DNA of 64,000 bases from the human T2T-CHM13v2.0 reference genome, Homo sapiens. Below, piece by piece: positions 14,580 through 30,868 of the stretch. The translations under genes were made by a program, and so were the position numbers. Where the stretch lies: assembly GCF_009914755.1 (NCBI RefSeq), contig NC_060925.1, one strand, 5' to 3'. Below the pieces are notes generated by a model. That model saw nothing but the letters and a program-made list of their open reading frames with translations. It was not told where the DNA came from and searched no databases. The number at the start of each line of letters is the position of its first letter. Position 1 is the first letter of the stretch.

Positions 14580-16049
14580 CCCTCTAGTGCCTGACATTCT
14601 TTTTAGGATGCCCATAAAAGATAATGTGACCTGTAAAACCTGCAAGCTGTTCCCAGCCTGTGGCGCCCGGCCCCACGCCCCACTCCCACTCCCAGCTCCA
14701 CTCTCCTGCCCCCAGGCTGAGGACACTACCGTGGGTGTCCCCTGGGGCCCAGGCCCTCTAAGCATCAGGGACCCTCAAGCTGCGGGAGGCAGCTGCCCTG
14801 AGGCACCACAGTCTGGCCAGGTGGGCAGCGGTTGTGAGACCCTTCCCCACTGCCAGTGCACCCCCCTCTTCGGCACCCCCCTTCAACCGTTCCTGGGCGC
14901 TCAGGTCAGCAGGGCTGCTGCTGCCAGGCCGGGAGGTGGGAATGTGCTAGGGCAGATCCCGGCTCTCGTTCTCGGGTGAGTCACCCCGTGGGAGTGTGTT
15001 GACGAATCCGAATCCCGGTTCTTTGTTTTCAGCTCCTGGGAATTCACACACTGGGGGCAGACACTCCATCCCCTGGTCTGCTGCCAGGTAGGGTGGCAAG
15101 ATGGGAGCCGGTAGGCCTGGGGTCTATTCCCAAATTCGCCACCAATCGGCTGTTTGGAATCTTGATAAGTTCTGAGCAGCTTTGGGGCCTCAGTTTCTCT
15201 ACCTTTAAAATGGACATAAAAGTCCTGCCCCTTGTAATTTTGCAAGAAGATAATAAAGAAAAAAAAACTATATCATAGCAAGCATAGTTCTTGGGATGAT
15301 GACGATAACCATCATTTACGGAGTGCCCTACTGTGTGCCAGACACCATACTAAAAGGTTTATAGTTAATCCTCCCAACAACAGTAAGAGGTCTGTGAGAT
15401 CACTATCTCTTTTTTAAAAGAAGGAAACTGAGGCTCAGGAAGGTAGAGTAACCTGCCTGAGGCCACATGACTTACACACCCAACTACCAGGCTCACCGGC
15501 TACCCACAGTGGAAATTAAGGACAGCCCTGCAAATGCCAGGCACATGATCATGGGGCTGGCTGAGCCCCTCCCCTGCCATCCAGGAGGCTGAAGGTGGGA
15601 GTTTCCTTCCACGGCTTCCTCTCCAGATGATCCACCCCTGCCACAGGTCCTGATGGGACTCACAGCAGGACCCTCCACAGCCATGCCCCTCTGCCCCGGA
15701 CCCAGAGAGAACTCAGAGAGGCCTTGGCTCCTCCCAGCACCCTCCTGTGGGCAGATGGGGCTGAACTCTGTGTCCTAAAACCCTGAGGTGCACACGTCAC
15801 AACCAGGGAGCCTTCCAGACGGGCAGATCTGCCTTGAGAAGGGCCCGGCAGCCAGGTTTCCCAATTTCCCTGACTTGACATCCTTGCCCCATCCTGGGGA
15901 CCCAGCACTTTCTTGGAGCCCCACAGCTTCCTGAGGGCAGGCCCCAGGTACACCCTTCCTTTGTAGGGTCCACAACTCCAGGCTTTGCTCCTAACCTCCT
16001 CACAGCCCCTCTCCTGGGGTCCACCAGACATTCCTCGGCACTCCTGTTA

Positions 16050-16701
<652 letters not shown>

Positions 16702-17589
16702 TATAATAAATTTTTTTAAATAATAAAATAAAATACTTGCTCCGTGGGCAGAAACCCTCGGTCCAGTGTTCCTGTCCCCCTCTACATTTTCCTAAGTACT
16801 CTCATTCACGTGTTCCAATCCCCAATGTGACGAGACAGCAACGGCAGTGCGTGTCCTGGGCCGAGCATGCTACGTGTGAGGTGCTGTCCTTACGGTTGCT
16901 CATTTCACCTCCATGTACAGATGAGGAAACTGACACTCTGGGAGGTCAGGTGGCTTGCCCAAGGTTACACATTTAGTGCATGGTAGACCCAGGATCCAAA
17001 CCCATATCTCTACTGGGCACGAAGGCCCTGGCTCTTAATTAGTACGTTTCCTTTCTGTCCCACCATCTGCAAGCCTTTTGCTGTCTGGACCAGAGCAGCC
17101 CGGTCCATAGCTCTTATGAGCGTCCAGTGAAGCTTCCTGGGTAGATGAACTTACTGGACGATTTTTGAATGTGTGAAAGCACAAATGAATGAATGAGTCA
17201 ACAAATGGGTGAGTGAATGACCTCAACTCTCACAATAACCAGGAAAGATGGGCAGCTTCTTCCCCATGTATAGGAAATTGAGGCTCAGAGAGAGAAAGTA
17301 ACATGCTTGAGGTCACACAGGGAGTTGGGGGCTGTGATGGGAAACTCAAGCCACCCAGCCAACCACGGGCCCCTGCCACCTCCCTCCTTCCCCCATGGTC
17401 CCAGCCACGCTCCGAGTCCAGCTCTGTCTCCGGTCCCCGAGGGAGCGAGGCGGCGGGCACAGCGTCTTTAAGCTGCCCTTTCAGGGACGAACCAAGGAGG
17501 GGGCTGGGGAGGGGGGCTCCACCTAGCATGCAGGGCCAGGAGCCCACACCCGTCTCTCTGAGATGGGGTCAGTGCGGGGGGTCTTTCTC

Positions 17590-17765
17590 TGCAAGCACTT
17601 ACGGCACAATTGATGGGAGAGATGCTCATCAAACGAGGGACAAATCATAAAGTTCGGGAGATGGAAATTAGGCACGGACAAACGATCCAGGTGCAGGGGA
17701 GATTTATGGGGGAGGCTGTATTCTAGCTAATGATTTCTGCTAATGATTCTCCGAAGTGTACAGTG
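17590..17765. promoter_or_regulatory. Candidate conserved non-coding element (enhancer-like)
   Basis: Non-repeat island with CAATTG, CATCAAA, CATAAA/TTTATGG, AATTAG and duplicated GCTAATGATT. Conservation is inferred, not measured. Confidence 0.45.
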
Positions 17766-18889
17766 GCACGGGGCCCACGCTCCGTGGGGTGACATGTACC
17801 CTGCGGGCCGATGAAGGACGTTCCTGGGGAGACGGCAATGGCGAGGGGATGGGGAAGAAGGGTGGAGGAACCCCCCCGAATACCGGGGTCCCCCGGAGTG
17901 GCGGGAGGAGACGGGGTTCTTGGGGTGTGAGTAGGCCCTGCCTGAGATTTATCGCTGGACCTGGCTCCTCGGTCCTTTCTCCACTCGCCCTGAAAGTGCC
18001 TCCCTGCCTGGCAGCTCCGAGTGTTGGCGGGGCCTGCCCGCTGCTGACACACACATTTTCAGAGCCCACCGCCGTCTTTCATCCCAGCAGCCCCCGTGAC
18101 AGACGCAGGTTTCTGGCTGTAAACCGTCCCTCCCTGCCCCCTTTCTTCTCCCCTCCCCGACCCTCTCCTCTGCAAGAGCTGTCCCCTCCAAAAGACCACT
18201 TGCGCCTCCCACCCCACTTCATAGCCCTTCTCTTCCACTGGTAAGTTTCAGTGTCTCTGAGGCTGCCGCCTCCGGAGGCCCCAGCCAGAGACTCCCCCAA
18301 CATCTGGTCCTGAAGCGCTCAATCCATTTTCCTCCATCGCCAGACCCAGGGACGCTGACACTGCCCGCTGGGACAGTACCTCCCAAATCTAGCCTCAATC
18401 CTGCTTACAGCAGAACGGGTGGGGACCTCCTGTTTCTGTGGCGAGGCCCTCGGGGAGTGGGAAGCTTCTGACCTTCAGATCCATGACCAGGAAATGTTCA
18501 AAGGAGCTCATTCCCGGGGATCAAATCACCGGGAAACGACGTTTGCTTTTTAGAACCTTGATGTGTTTTCTAATTTCCCCGCAATGAACGCGTGCGTGTG
18601 TAATTTTTAAAATGGGAAAATTGGCAGGTGTGAGGATGAAGGAATGGAGGTGGCCGGAGCACCCCCCACCCCGTTGCCCAGGCCGCCCCTGCCTCTCCTG
18701 GACAAACTCCCTTCTCTCAGCCGTGCTTGGCCCCTGCAAGTCTCCTCAAGCCCAGGACCCAGCACACTCCACCCGCAAACTCCGGGGTTTTCACAGCAGC
18801 CCCTGCAAGGTTTTGTTTTGTTTTGTTTTGTTTTTTTATCATCCCTGTTTCTCTACTGGAAAATCGAGATTTATAGAGAGAAGAGGTCA

Positions 18890-19202
<313 letters not shown>

Positions 19203-21855
19203 GTCATTCAAGTCCTCGTGCTTAGTATATGGCAAAGCTATACTTGAAACCAACTCCCTCGACCTCACACCTATGTTTTTCCCGCTGTGTTGAACCCTCC
19301 CACCTGCCCGGACCAGCTGAGCTGAGACCCCCTCCGTAGACGGATCCAGAGACTGAGGAACCAGGAACTGAGACAACCTGGCAGGAGGGCCCAGAAGAGA
19401 AAAGCAGGAAAGGGGCAGCCTCGGACTGCCTGGCCAGGGAGGGTCAAAAGCCGGGAATGGTGTCAATGTCCAGAGTGAAGTAATTGGTTAAATAAAGTGT
19501 GGCACAGGGACTCTTATGTCGCCACTGAAAGCAGCTTTTAATGCTCCAGCACAGACAAGTATTCAACATACACTGTGAAGTGAGAAGGGCAGGTTTCAGA
19601 ACAGTTTGAGGCACACAGCATGCCGTTTGTCATAAGGGAAAAAGATCTTTGTGCAGATATATGCACAGACCCTGTCACCCCTTCGCCCAGTGTTGGTGAC
19701 GAGGAAAAAAGATTTGGGGACCTTTTTCTCTGTATTGTCTGAACCCTATACAACAAACATATGCATCTTTAATCCTCAGAGGGGAGAAACCCAACAAAGC
19801 TATTTTCATTTGGAAAACAGAAAAGGAAACGACCCAATGGGTGAGACAGGGGCAATGCTGGGTGGGGGCCCTATCCTTAGATCACTCACTCGCCGCCACC
19901 CTGGTCTTTTGTCCTCAGAGTGTTTCTCCAGGCAGCAGATACTTGTACATAGTGGGGAGGGTGTCACCTTGGAATTCACTCTCCCCAATGCCCCTGACAG
20001 CCCCACACCTCCCTGGCCCACCCGCCACCCACTCCGGGCGTGATCAAAGGCCAAAGTGAAAACGAGATCTGAAACTTCAGCCTGGAAAAGCGATGATGCG
20101 CTGATGCCGGATAAGGAAGGATCACCGCTCACCAGCTGGATGCACCCCCACCCCGGCGCCGCCCCTTCCCCCTCGGTCACTTCCCAGCCTGCAGCTCAGA
20201 TCCTGTTTGGGGGAGGGCGGCAGCTACCAGGGGGCATGGCCCCAGAAACCCTCTCCCACCCTCTGTCCTAGAGCATGTTGAGGGGCCTGCCCTCTACTCT
20301 CCCCTCTACTGGCCTGTGTTCCTTGGGATTCAGGCGGTGTCTCTAGCAGCATCTGTAACTCCTCTGGTAGAGTTAGCAAGTTCCCGGAGAGAGGTAACCC
20401 ATTACACCAGCTGGATGGAGTGATCAGGTCAGCAGCTGATGGGCTGGGACCTGGGACAAGTCAATGTAATGGGAACCAGGTGGCAGCTCCTGGGGCAGGG
20501 GGCGCTGGGGGGCGAGAGGAACCCTAGGGAGTTAGGAGGGGAGCCGTGAAGACAACTCCACAAAGCATCATGGGAAGATCATGAGCCCCGGCACCAGAGC
20601 AGCCCAGTTGGAACCCCAGCCCCTCCACCCCTAGCTCTGGAACCTTGGGCAAGCCACACAACCTCTCTGATCCTCCTTGTAATCACTTGTGAAATGGGAA
20701 TAATAATAGCAACAGCTTCACCCCGCAAACGGAGGGGTTCAATTTAGTGTATGCAAAGCTGCTGGTAATTGCTAATGGCTCAATTAATGGCGGCTGTTAC
20801 CATTGTCAAACTTACAGAGGAAGAGACAGGCGGCCTAGAAGAACCATAGACTTTGTCTAGGATAGGTGAGATCAGGGGCTGAGTAGTCAGTGTCATCCTG
20901 GCCCACCCAATGGCTGGAGGAGGGGATGAGGACAGGAAGAGGAAGGGGAAGGGGAGGCACTGGGAGATGACAGAGATAAATATATGTCATGATCTTGCCC
21001 CATCTGGGTCACTGGCTGCACCCCAGGGGTGATGACTCACCTGCTGAGAAGTTCCCCACCCAGAGACTGGTCCCACAGGCTGTGGCTCGGCCCCACGGGC
21101 ACAGCAGGCATGCATCGGGGAGGCCCATGGAGCAATGCCCAGGGTTACCCATCTGCTTGAGGGCTCAGGTACCCCCCTTTGACCTCTTCACACCCCCGTC
21201 CAAGCTGCAACCTAGAACCAGCCAGCTGGCTCTCCTGAGGCAGGGCAGGCCCAGAGAGATCAAAGAATTTGCTGGGGCCAGACAGCAAGGCCCGTGAGGT
21301 TTCATCCCATTCAAACCCAGAGACGTCAAGTCACTTGCCAGAGGTCACACAGCTTGGATGTGACAGAGTGGGGAAGCCCAAAGCTTGCCTGTAACAGCAG
21401 GCTGCCCGGAGTCCAGCTGGAGACTGGCACTGGCGTGAGCCTCAAGCCTTTTAATCCTAAGATCTGACAGCTGGGCAGCACCCCAGAAAAGTGGCACTGT
21501 GGGCCCAGTGAGCCCTGGGGTGCTCAGAGGGGGCTTCCCAGAGGCTCCTGAGGAGTAGACTCAGGGAGCGTTTCCACAGCAGGCCTTGCTCTCGGGAGTG
21601 AGATATGGGCACTCTCACCTGACCACATGCCCTTGGGGGCTGGTCTCAGTGCTGGGTTCCCCAGGGGACTCCCCTTCCACCAGGAACTCCTCCCCCTTGC
21701 GCTCCCATTAAACCCAGATTCCCATTAAACCCCTATTTTAAACTCTCTGGCCTCTTCCAGGCAGCCTCCCTGCACCACTGTGCCTCCCTGAGCCATCTGA
21801 CCCTCCACCCCAGGGCCCTGAAATCAGCATCTCTGCCCTCTGTGTGGCTGGGTAA

Positions 21856-22224
<369 letters not shown>

Positions 22225-23231
22225 GCATCATGGTTATTTCTTCATGGGTTTATCATTATGTGTGATGTGAGCTTAGAGCCTAGCTCTAAGCTCCCCAAAG
22301 GTGGTGACCGTATAATCATTTCCCACCCCCATTACCTAGGACAGGACTCTGGCCACAGTGGAGGGTCAGAAGATTTCAGCACACTCAAGAATAGCAGGTA
22401 GGAAGGCACCCAAGGCAGCTTTGCTGTAAGTGAAATTGACTCTTGACTTGCTAACCCGATATACTCAGGGGTAAAATCCACTCTACAGAAAGTCTTTGCT
22501 TTAGAGAAAGTTGCTCACAGGGGTTCTTTAAACAGCCAGGTCTCTTGGTACCTGCAAGATAGATTTATTTACAGATTTCCAACTTGCCTGGTCTGCTTGG
22601 AGTATCATGGGCTGGGTCCATGGCAAGCCCAGGAAGCCCACGCACCTGTCCGCCCTGTCCGCCTTTTGTGTGGTATTGAAGGCCTTTCCCAATCGAGCCC
22701 CAGCCTGCCTTTCATAACAGAAATAAAAACTGACAGTGATCCTACAGGTTAACATTGACTGAGTGCCTCATGCATGAGGTCACCTGGCAGATGGGGTCAC
22801 TTCATTCATTCTCCAGGTAACTCTGAAATGGGGTGTCAACTGTCATCTTCACTTTAGAGAGAGTGACAGAAAATCCAGGAAGTCCCAGAAGGAATCTGGG
22901 ATTTGAGCCAGGCTGACCACCTGGCCCTTTGGGGCAGCCTCCCTCTCCTGACAGGCCAGCCAGCCTCTCTCCAAGCCAACACTATCATTGCTGACCACAA
23001 ACCTTTGCACCCACCGTCCCCCTGCCTGTCCCTGGGCCCAGCTCCTACTTACCTTTCCAGACTCAGCTCAAATATCACCTCAACTCCACCACACAGAATT
23101 CATCCTGATGGCTCTGAGTTCAAATCTCTGTGTGGTGCCAAGGACGTGGCCTTGGTATTGTCCATGTCTGTTCCTCCTGCTGAATCAGGAGGAGTCCCGA
23201 ACACTCAATCAGGATGTACTAAAATCATTCA

Positions 23232-23544
<313 letters not shown>

Positions 23545-23828
23545 CTACTCAACTGATATTTATTGAACACCTACTATGTGCCAGGCATTGGGGTAAACAG
23601 GGTGGACAAGGCCTGAGCTCGCAGGGCACAAATCCAAGAGGGAGACACAGCAATACCCATGTCGGCTGACACATGAACAAGCTAATTTCAGACAGTGATA
23701 AATTGTATGAAGAAACAAAGTGAAGTTCTAGAGAGAACCTGAGCTGATAGGACTCTGGCTTTCACCAAAGCGAGTCGAGTCCTTCTCCCAGCCTGACCTG
23801 GCTTTCTCTCAAGACCAGCACATTTGTT

Positions 23829-24287
23829 ACTCACTCATTCACTCACTCATTCACTCACTCATTCATCCACTCATTCACTTGTTCATTCATTCACTCATTC
23901 ACTCACTCATTCACTCATTCATTCACCCATTCATTCACTCACTCATTTGCTCACTCATTCATTCACCCATTCATTCACTCATTCAATCATTTGTTCACTC
24001 ATTCACTCACTTATTCATTCACTCATTTACTTATTCATTCACTCATTCACTCACTCATTCACCCATTCACTCACTCATTCACCCATTCACTCACTCATTC
24101 ACTCACTCATTCACTCATTCACTCACTCATTCACCCATTCATTCACTCATTCACTCATTCAATCACCCATTCATTCACTCACTCATTCACTCACTCATTC
24201 ACTCATTCACTCACTCATTCATTCACTCACTCACTCGCTCACTTATTCATTCACTCATTTACTCATTCATTCATTCACTCATTCACT
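23829..24287. repeat. (TCAT/TCAC)n tetranucleotide array, ~460 bp
   Basis: Read directly; it runs into an L2-like end (actgagcac...gtgccaggtgct). Confidence 0.97.
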
Positions 24288-24464
24288 GAGCACGCACGGT
24301 GCCAGGTGCTATCCTCCAACACCCTGGGGTCCCTGGGGAAGACAAACCTGCTCTGAGTGCCAGTGAATCCAGGGAGACTGAGGCTAGAGCAGGGAAGGAG
24401 GGGAACACGGGCGGGGGGGGGGGTGGCACTGCATGGTATAGAGCATTTCCACCCCCTCTGATCA

Positions 24465-24670
24465 GTCATGCTTCCTAATTCAATAAGGTGAGAAGAAGCA
24501 TAATTTGATCATATTTGTTTTGCATCACTGCAAAAACAGAAAATGAAGGGCTGCAGAACCGTACCAATTTACTTCATCCGACCTTGATTAAAAGAAAATT
24601 AATTGTCGCATCTCTCAGGATATCACAGGCAGCAGCCAATGGCTCTCCAGGATACCACAAAGAGAGGGAA
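24465..24670. promoter_or_regulatory. Candidate conserved non-coding element
   Basis: AT-rich island with CTAATT, ATAATTTGAT, TGATTAA, AATTAATT and CCAAT in GC-rich surroundings. Confidence 0.45.
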
Positions 24671-25639
24671 AGGGAGCGCAAGACGCCCCATGCCCTTTTC
24701 TCTAACCACTTCCAGCCCGGCTGGCAGCAGAGACAGTGGAGCTGCCAAGGCCTCGCATTGCAGAGGAGGCTGGTGGCGGATGGGAGATGGGACCACTGAG
24801 CCCCTGAGCCCCACCCACGCTGAGTTGCATTTTCCCCACCCACCACCCACTCCCCAGAGAGAGTTCTGAAGGCTGGATCCCCATCCCAGAGCCCAATACA
24901 GCTTTGCAGAAGCCCTCAGGGGGCTCTCCTCCCTTTCCAGGGCTGGCAGCTGCCCTGCGGAAGAGCCCCAGAAAGATGCCCCCAAAAGATCCAGGTCCCC
25001 TCCAGTTTGCTCGACCTCACCACTGGCTCCGCAGCCCCAGCTCTAAGATAAAAGAAGGAGGGGAAAGAGGGGAAGGAGGGGGCTTGGCGCTGCCCGGGTG
25101 AGCCAGGGCGGGGGGTGACAGTGGGGAGAGCAGCTCATGAAAAGTTAATGCCCCCTTGCAGGTTGTTGATTTTTGTTTGTTTTTCTCTTTTTGCCAGAAG
25201 AGAAGCCTCTTTCATTAGCCCAGACTGTCATTACCCGGCATTAAATTTTCATAGAGCGGGCGGGAGGCCGGGCAAGGGGAGGCGGGCAGGGGGGCAGGCT
25301 GGGGGCTCCCTGGGCTGGGCCTGCCGGGGGCTGAGACTAGCTCCCCTGGGCCCCCGTCTGCACACTGCGAGGTCTCAATAAGAAGAGCCGGCTTTCTCCA
25401 TCGCCCACTATGGGCTAAGCGTGGCCCACGGACTCAAGCCTTTGATCCTCTTATGCTCCTATGGTGTGGGTTCTGTGATCACCCCCATTTTACAGATGAG
25501 AAACTGAGGCTCAGAGAGCTTGTGGCTCTTGTCCGTCACAGCCAGAAAGTGGTAGCACCACTGACTTCCAAAACATGCCCTCCTCACCAAGGCTGAGAGG
25601 CCGAGGGAGGCACAGGGGAGGTGGTGGGGGCTGGAGGGG

Positions 25640-26010
25640 CCGGGGAGGCAGCCCCAGACAGGCAGGAGTTCGGGGTGCCTTCGGGGGTGCTTTCCCTTGG
25701 GGAGAAGCAGGAGTCCGGACCCCCAGCCCCACTCGCAGGAGGCAGTGGGCGGCTCCTCTCAGCCAGGCGGGTGAGGGTCTGTGCCGGCGGGGCATGCGAC
25801 CCGCCAGGCAGGTGTCGGAGCCCTCACAATGGTGCACCTGGCGTGGGCGTCAGGCCTGCCCATTCAGCCCGGAACAATCACTGCTCTGCAGCCGCCGGCC
25901 CAGCGGCCTCCAGGGGCGGGAGGACCGCGGGCGGCAGAGCGGCAGATGGGCCTCGGGTGTCAAGTTTCCAGCCGGAGGAGGGGGCGGGTAGCCCGGGAAG
26001 GGGAGGGGGA
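25640..26010. promoter_or_regulatory. Small CpG-rich patch
   Basis: Many retained CpGs, GGGGCGGG boxes, AACAAT and CAGATG motifs. Confidence 0.45.
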
Positions 26011-26401
26011 AGAATCAGGCTCCTCCCCGCTCCCAGTGGCCCCTCCCAGCCTTGGGTTTCGGAGCAGGGTTGGGCAGACTGTCTGCCCACCACCACTGCC
26101 ACCTAGAGCAGGCCAGAGGGGGAACAAAGGCCTCAGGCCAGGGCTGGGCTGAGGGTGAGGGGCTTGCTGTGGGCTTCTCGCGGGGCTGATGAATCCTGAG
26201 CTCGCAGCAGCTGGCAGAGTCTCTCTGGGCTTCAGTTTTCTCGTCTGTGAAACGGGTGTCCATTCACTAAATACTGAGCATCTGTTCCGTGCCAGGCACC
26301 GCTCTGGGCACCAGAATAGCAGCAGTGAGCAAACTGGAAGCAAATCCCTGTTCTCGCTGCACTCAAGTCCTAGTGCAAAAGACAGACAAGAATCAAGATT
26401 A

Positions 26402-26740
<339 letters not shown>

Positions 26741-27552
26741 TCAGCTAGGAGCAGCGGGCCCGCAGAGGAGGAAGCTGGGCGAAGGAGTTGCGACCTGGGA
26801 TAGGAGGTCCGTTCCAGAAGGAGGTGGGGCACAAGCCAGGCCAATCTGGGGAAAAGCATTCCAGCCAGAGGGAGCAGCAGGTGGAAGATTAGTGGTCCTA
26901 CCCTGTAGGGTTTGCCTGGAGCTAGAGGAGGGGACACAGGTGAAACACCTAGAGCCCGGCTCACCGGCTCACCGTCATGCTCCCGATGTGAGGCAGTGAC
27001 CTCAAGTCTATGGTGGTTTGTTTGTCTGTCCACCCCTGTAACCCCTGAGCCCCTGAGAGCTGGCATCATCAGCCCATCTCTGCCAGGACCTGGTGGGTGA
27101 GTAAAATGCCTTGCAGTTTGGAAATCTTCCTAGTCATTCTCAGCTGAGCTTCAAGGGACCAAGGGCCTGTGGGGACAGAGACAGGAGGATCTGAGAAGGG
27201 ATGGGGGAGAGTCCAACCCTCTTATGTTACCGAGAGGGAACCAAGGCCCAGAGAAGGCTTTTGGAGAAGCCCCTGCTCATCCCCGGCCTTGGTGATTGCA
27301 TCTGTGCAGTGGGGGTGGGGCTCTAGCGGGTGTGGAGTGCCAGCCGCTGCAGAGGTGGAAGGCATCCCCTGTCCACGGAGGGGAGGGGCCAGCCTCAGAG
27401 ATCAAGTGGGCAGAGTCTTCCCAAGGGCGTGGACGCACACAGCCATGCGCACAGCAGGGAGGCAGACAGGGAGCAAAGAGGCCAGAGCAGGCAGCTGCTT
27501 AGTTCTGAAGCTCCACTGCTACTGTCCCGCTTCTGGAGGTGAATAGATGTCA

Positions 27553-27768
<216 letters not shown>

Positions 27769-28849
27769 CTAGACCAGGACGGGGGTAGCAGCTGGAAGGA
27801 GGTGGACTCATGGACCTTGGACGGGCCTTGGCGTTACAGAGATCTGGGTTCAAACCCAGGCTCTGCCTCACACTAGTGTCTGACCCCAGCCATTCATTCA
27901 TATGACTTCGCCAGGCCTCGGTTTCCTCATCTATAAAATGGAAAGAATAATAGCAAGAGCCCTGGCTTCATGGGGTTGTTGGGATGGGACTATGCCCCAG
28001 GACCCAGCCTAGCCCGGGCACAGGGTCGGAGCTAGAGACAAACACTGTTGTGGGTGCTCAATGGGCTAAGAAGGAGCATCTCGCCTGCAGGAACGGTTGC
28101 AGGGAGGCAGCTGAGGCTTGAAGCGTTTAGGGGATGCACCTAAGCTCACACTGCTAGTGAGAAAAAGAGCCAGGATTTGCACTCAGGTCATCCTCCTTCC
28201 TGGGCTCTTAGCAGCCTCTGGTGCACAGTGGTGGGAGGGAAGGCCAAGGGAAATCAGTGATGTGGCTCAGGGGCACTGAGGCCACTCCCAGGTCCCTCCC
28301 AGGCACCGCTGGCCCCCCAAGGGACCCCCACCAGGGGGTTCAGGGCCTGACAGTGCCCGCCTTACTCCTGTTGGCGTCACCAAAAGGCGGCAGATGAGGG
28401 ATGAGGGGACCTGGCTCCCCCTTCCAGTCACTCCTGAGCTTGGCTGGGTTCCTTCCCTCCGGTCCCCCACTTGCTCTTCTAGGAACAAAGGCAGCACGGG
28501 CACATCCCCACTTCCTGGCGGTGTTGATTTTCTAATTCTCTACCCCTCAATTACCGCTTCCTGAGGGAGGCATTACCCTGGGAGCAGCCGCCTGCCTGGC
28601 CCAGAGGCTGCAGAGGGCGTTTGTGGTAGGGCGTCCCCATCCTTCAGGGAAGCCCACAGGGGGCCTGGCTGGGCCCTGGGCACTGGCCCCTTGGAAGTGC
28701 CTCAGGAAGTGCACCAGCCTCCAGGAAGTGTGCTTTCCAGTTGGGGCGCTCCATGGCCCTGCCCCTGCACCCCTTCAGGATCCTGGTCCCTTGGCCCAGA
28801 CAGCCGCACGTCCACAGGCTCCCACACGGTCAAGGCCAAGCAAGGGCAG

Positions 28850-29180
28850 GCATGCGTGTGGGTGTATGTTAACCCTTGTAAGTGATTCATGTGTGTGAGC
28901 CAGCATGCAAAGGTGTAAGTGCATACGAATGTAGAAAACGAGAATGTGGATGTGTATATGTGACTGCGTGTGTAACGGTGCATGTGTGCAAAGCTGAATG
29001 TGGCAGGTGTCTGTGCACACATGTGTGGGTCAGTAATGAAAATGACTGCATGAAGGAGTGTGCAGGTGCGTGCAGGTGTGTGCGGTGTGAATAGGTTTGT
29101 GCGTATTTGTGCATGGGTAAGTGTGTTTTGGACTGAAAATGAGTGTGCAAGAGTGTGACTGAGTGTAAGTGTGAGTGTGG
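28850..29180. repeat. Degenerate (TG)n/TGCA low-complexity tract
   Basis: Alternating purine-pyrimidine sequence; similar tracts at 30080-30270 and 30415-31145. Confidence 0.8.
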
Positions 29181-30507
29181 ACAGGGCCAACTGAGGCCAG
29201 GGTAGGGGAAGGGGACCCCTGACTCCCAAGCACGGAGGCTGCTGGGTCTGGCAGTGCAGAGAGGACTGGGGGGATGGTGGATGGCCCCAGCCCAGCACTG
29301 CAAGAACCTCAGACCTCCAGCCCGCTTCCTGCTGGACGGGAGCTCGCATCCTCCCTGTCAAAAGGAAGGAAGTGCTCACCTAGGGCAGGTGGTCCGGCTG
29401 GCAGCAGATGCAAAAAGACTGAGTGGTGATTTGCATTTTCATTTGCATATATTTCCTTAGGTCCCACTGATTGGTTATTTGAAAGTCCCCAATTCCTGCC
29501 AACCCTGTCTGCTTGCAATGGCCCTGTGGGGTGGGAGTGGAGGTGGGGAAAGTGCAGTTGGGCACTGCTTGGCTGAGAGCTGAGGCTTGTCCCTGAGGCC
29601 TGAGGCTAATCCACAGGTCTGGTCTGGGTGGGACAGGGTGCTCGCTGAGAATCAGGCCCGTAGGGATTGCTCAGTGGCACAGAGCAGGTAACAGTCCCCA
29701 GGCCTCGCCTAACACAGAAAGTGCTCAGCCAGCTCTTTCGTCAATAGATGAGCAAAGCGTGGATGGGGCAAAATGAGCGTCGGCTGCCGTCTGCTCAGAT
29801 CTTCAGGTGGGGTCTCAGTGATAGGGTCCTCAGCACTGCTGAGATGGCACCTGGTCCCCTGGGCCAGTGTGGCCAGCCCTGGGGGTGGATGTTGGGGAAT
29901 CTGAGAGGCTGCCGATCAGATGCTGCCAGCTTCACCTCCTGCCTTCCCACTCCACCTGGGGACCAGGCGCCTGGCTGTGCATTTGTGGAAACTCTGTTTC
30001 CACAGCCACCCAGAGGGCAGGCAGCAAGAGGCTGAGGAGTTCTCAAAAAGGAGGAAAGTGCTGCTAGTCCCAGCAGAGGGCTGAGTGTGTGTGCGTGGCC
30101 TGCGTGCACAAGCATGCCTGTTCAAAAATGCGCGTGCTCCAGTGGGTGGACCCGACAGTCTTGAATACAGGGGAGAAGATGTGCATCTTGACACAGATGT
30201 ATGTGGATCTGTACGTCTGTGTGCACAGGTGTGCATCTGTGTGCTGTGTGTGCGCTCACTCATGTGTCAGGGAAAATCGAAGTTTTCAGTGTGAAAGGCC
30301 TCTATGGCCCCTTTCCATTTGCCTTTTTGCTAAATTACGTAACCTCCCCCTAGAGTGAACAGCATGGCTTGACAACAATAGGGCTTTTGAAATGTCCTCT
30401 CTTCAGAAACACATTACACACATGTATGTGGAGACGTGAACATCTGTGTGACTGTATTATTGAGTGTATGCATATCTGTGTGTGCACATGTTATAAATGC
30501 ACATGTA

Positions 30508-30868
<361 letters not shown>

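Noticed and set aside
23824-24366. HSLT/HSFT-repeat ORFs up to 180 aa
   Set aside because: Product of the TCAY tetranucleotide array.
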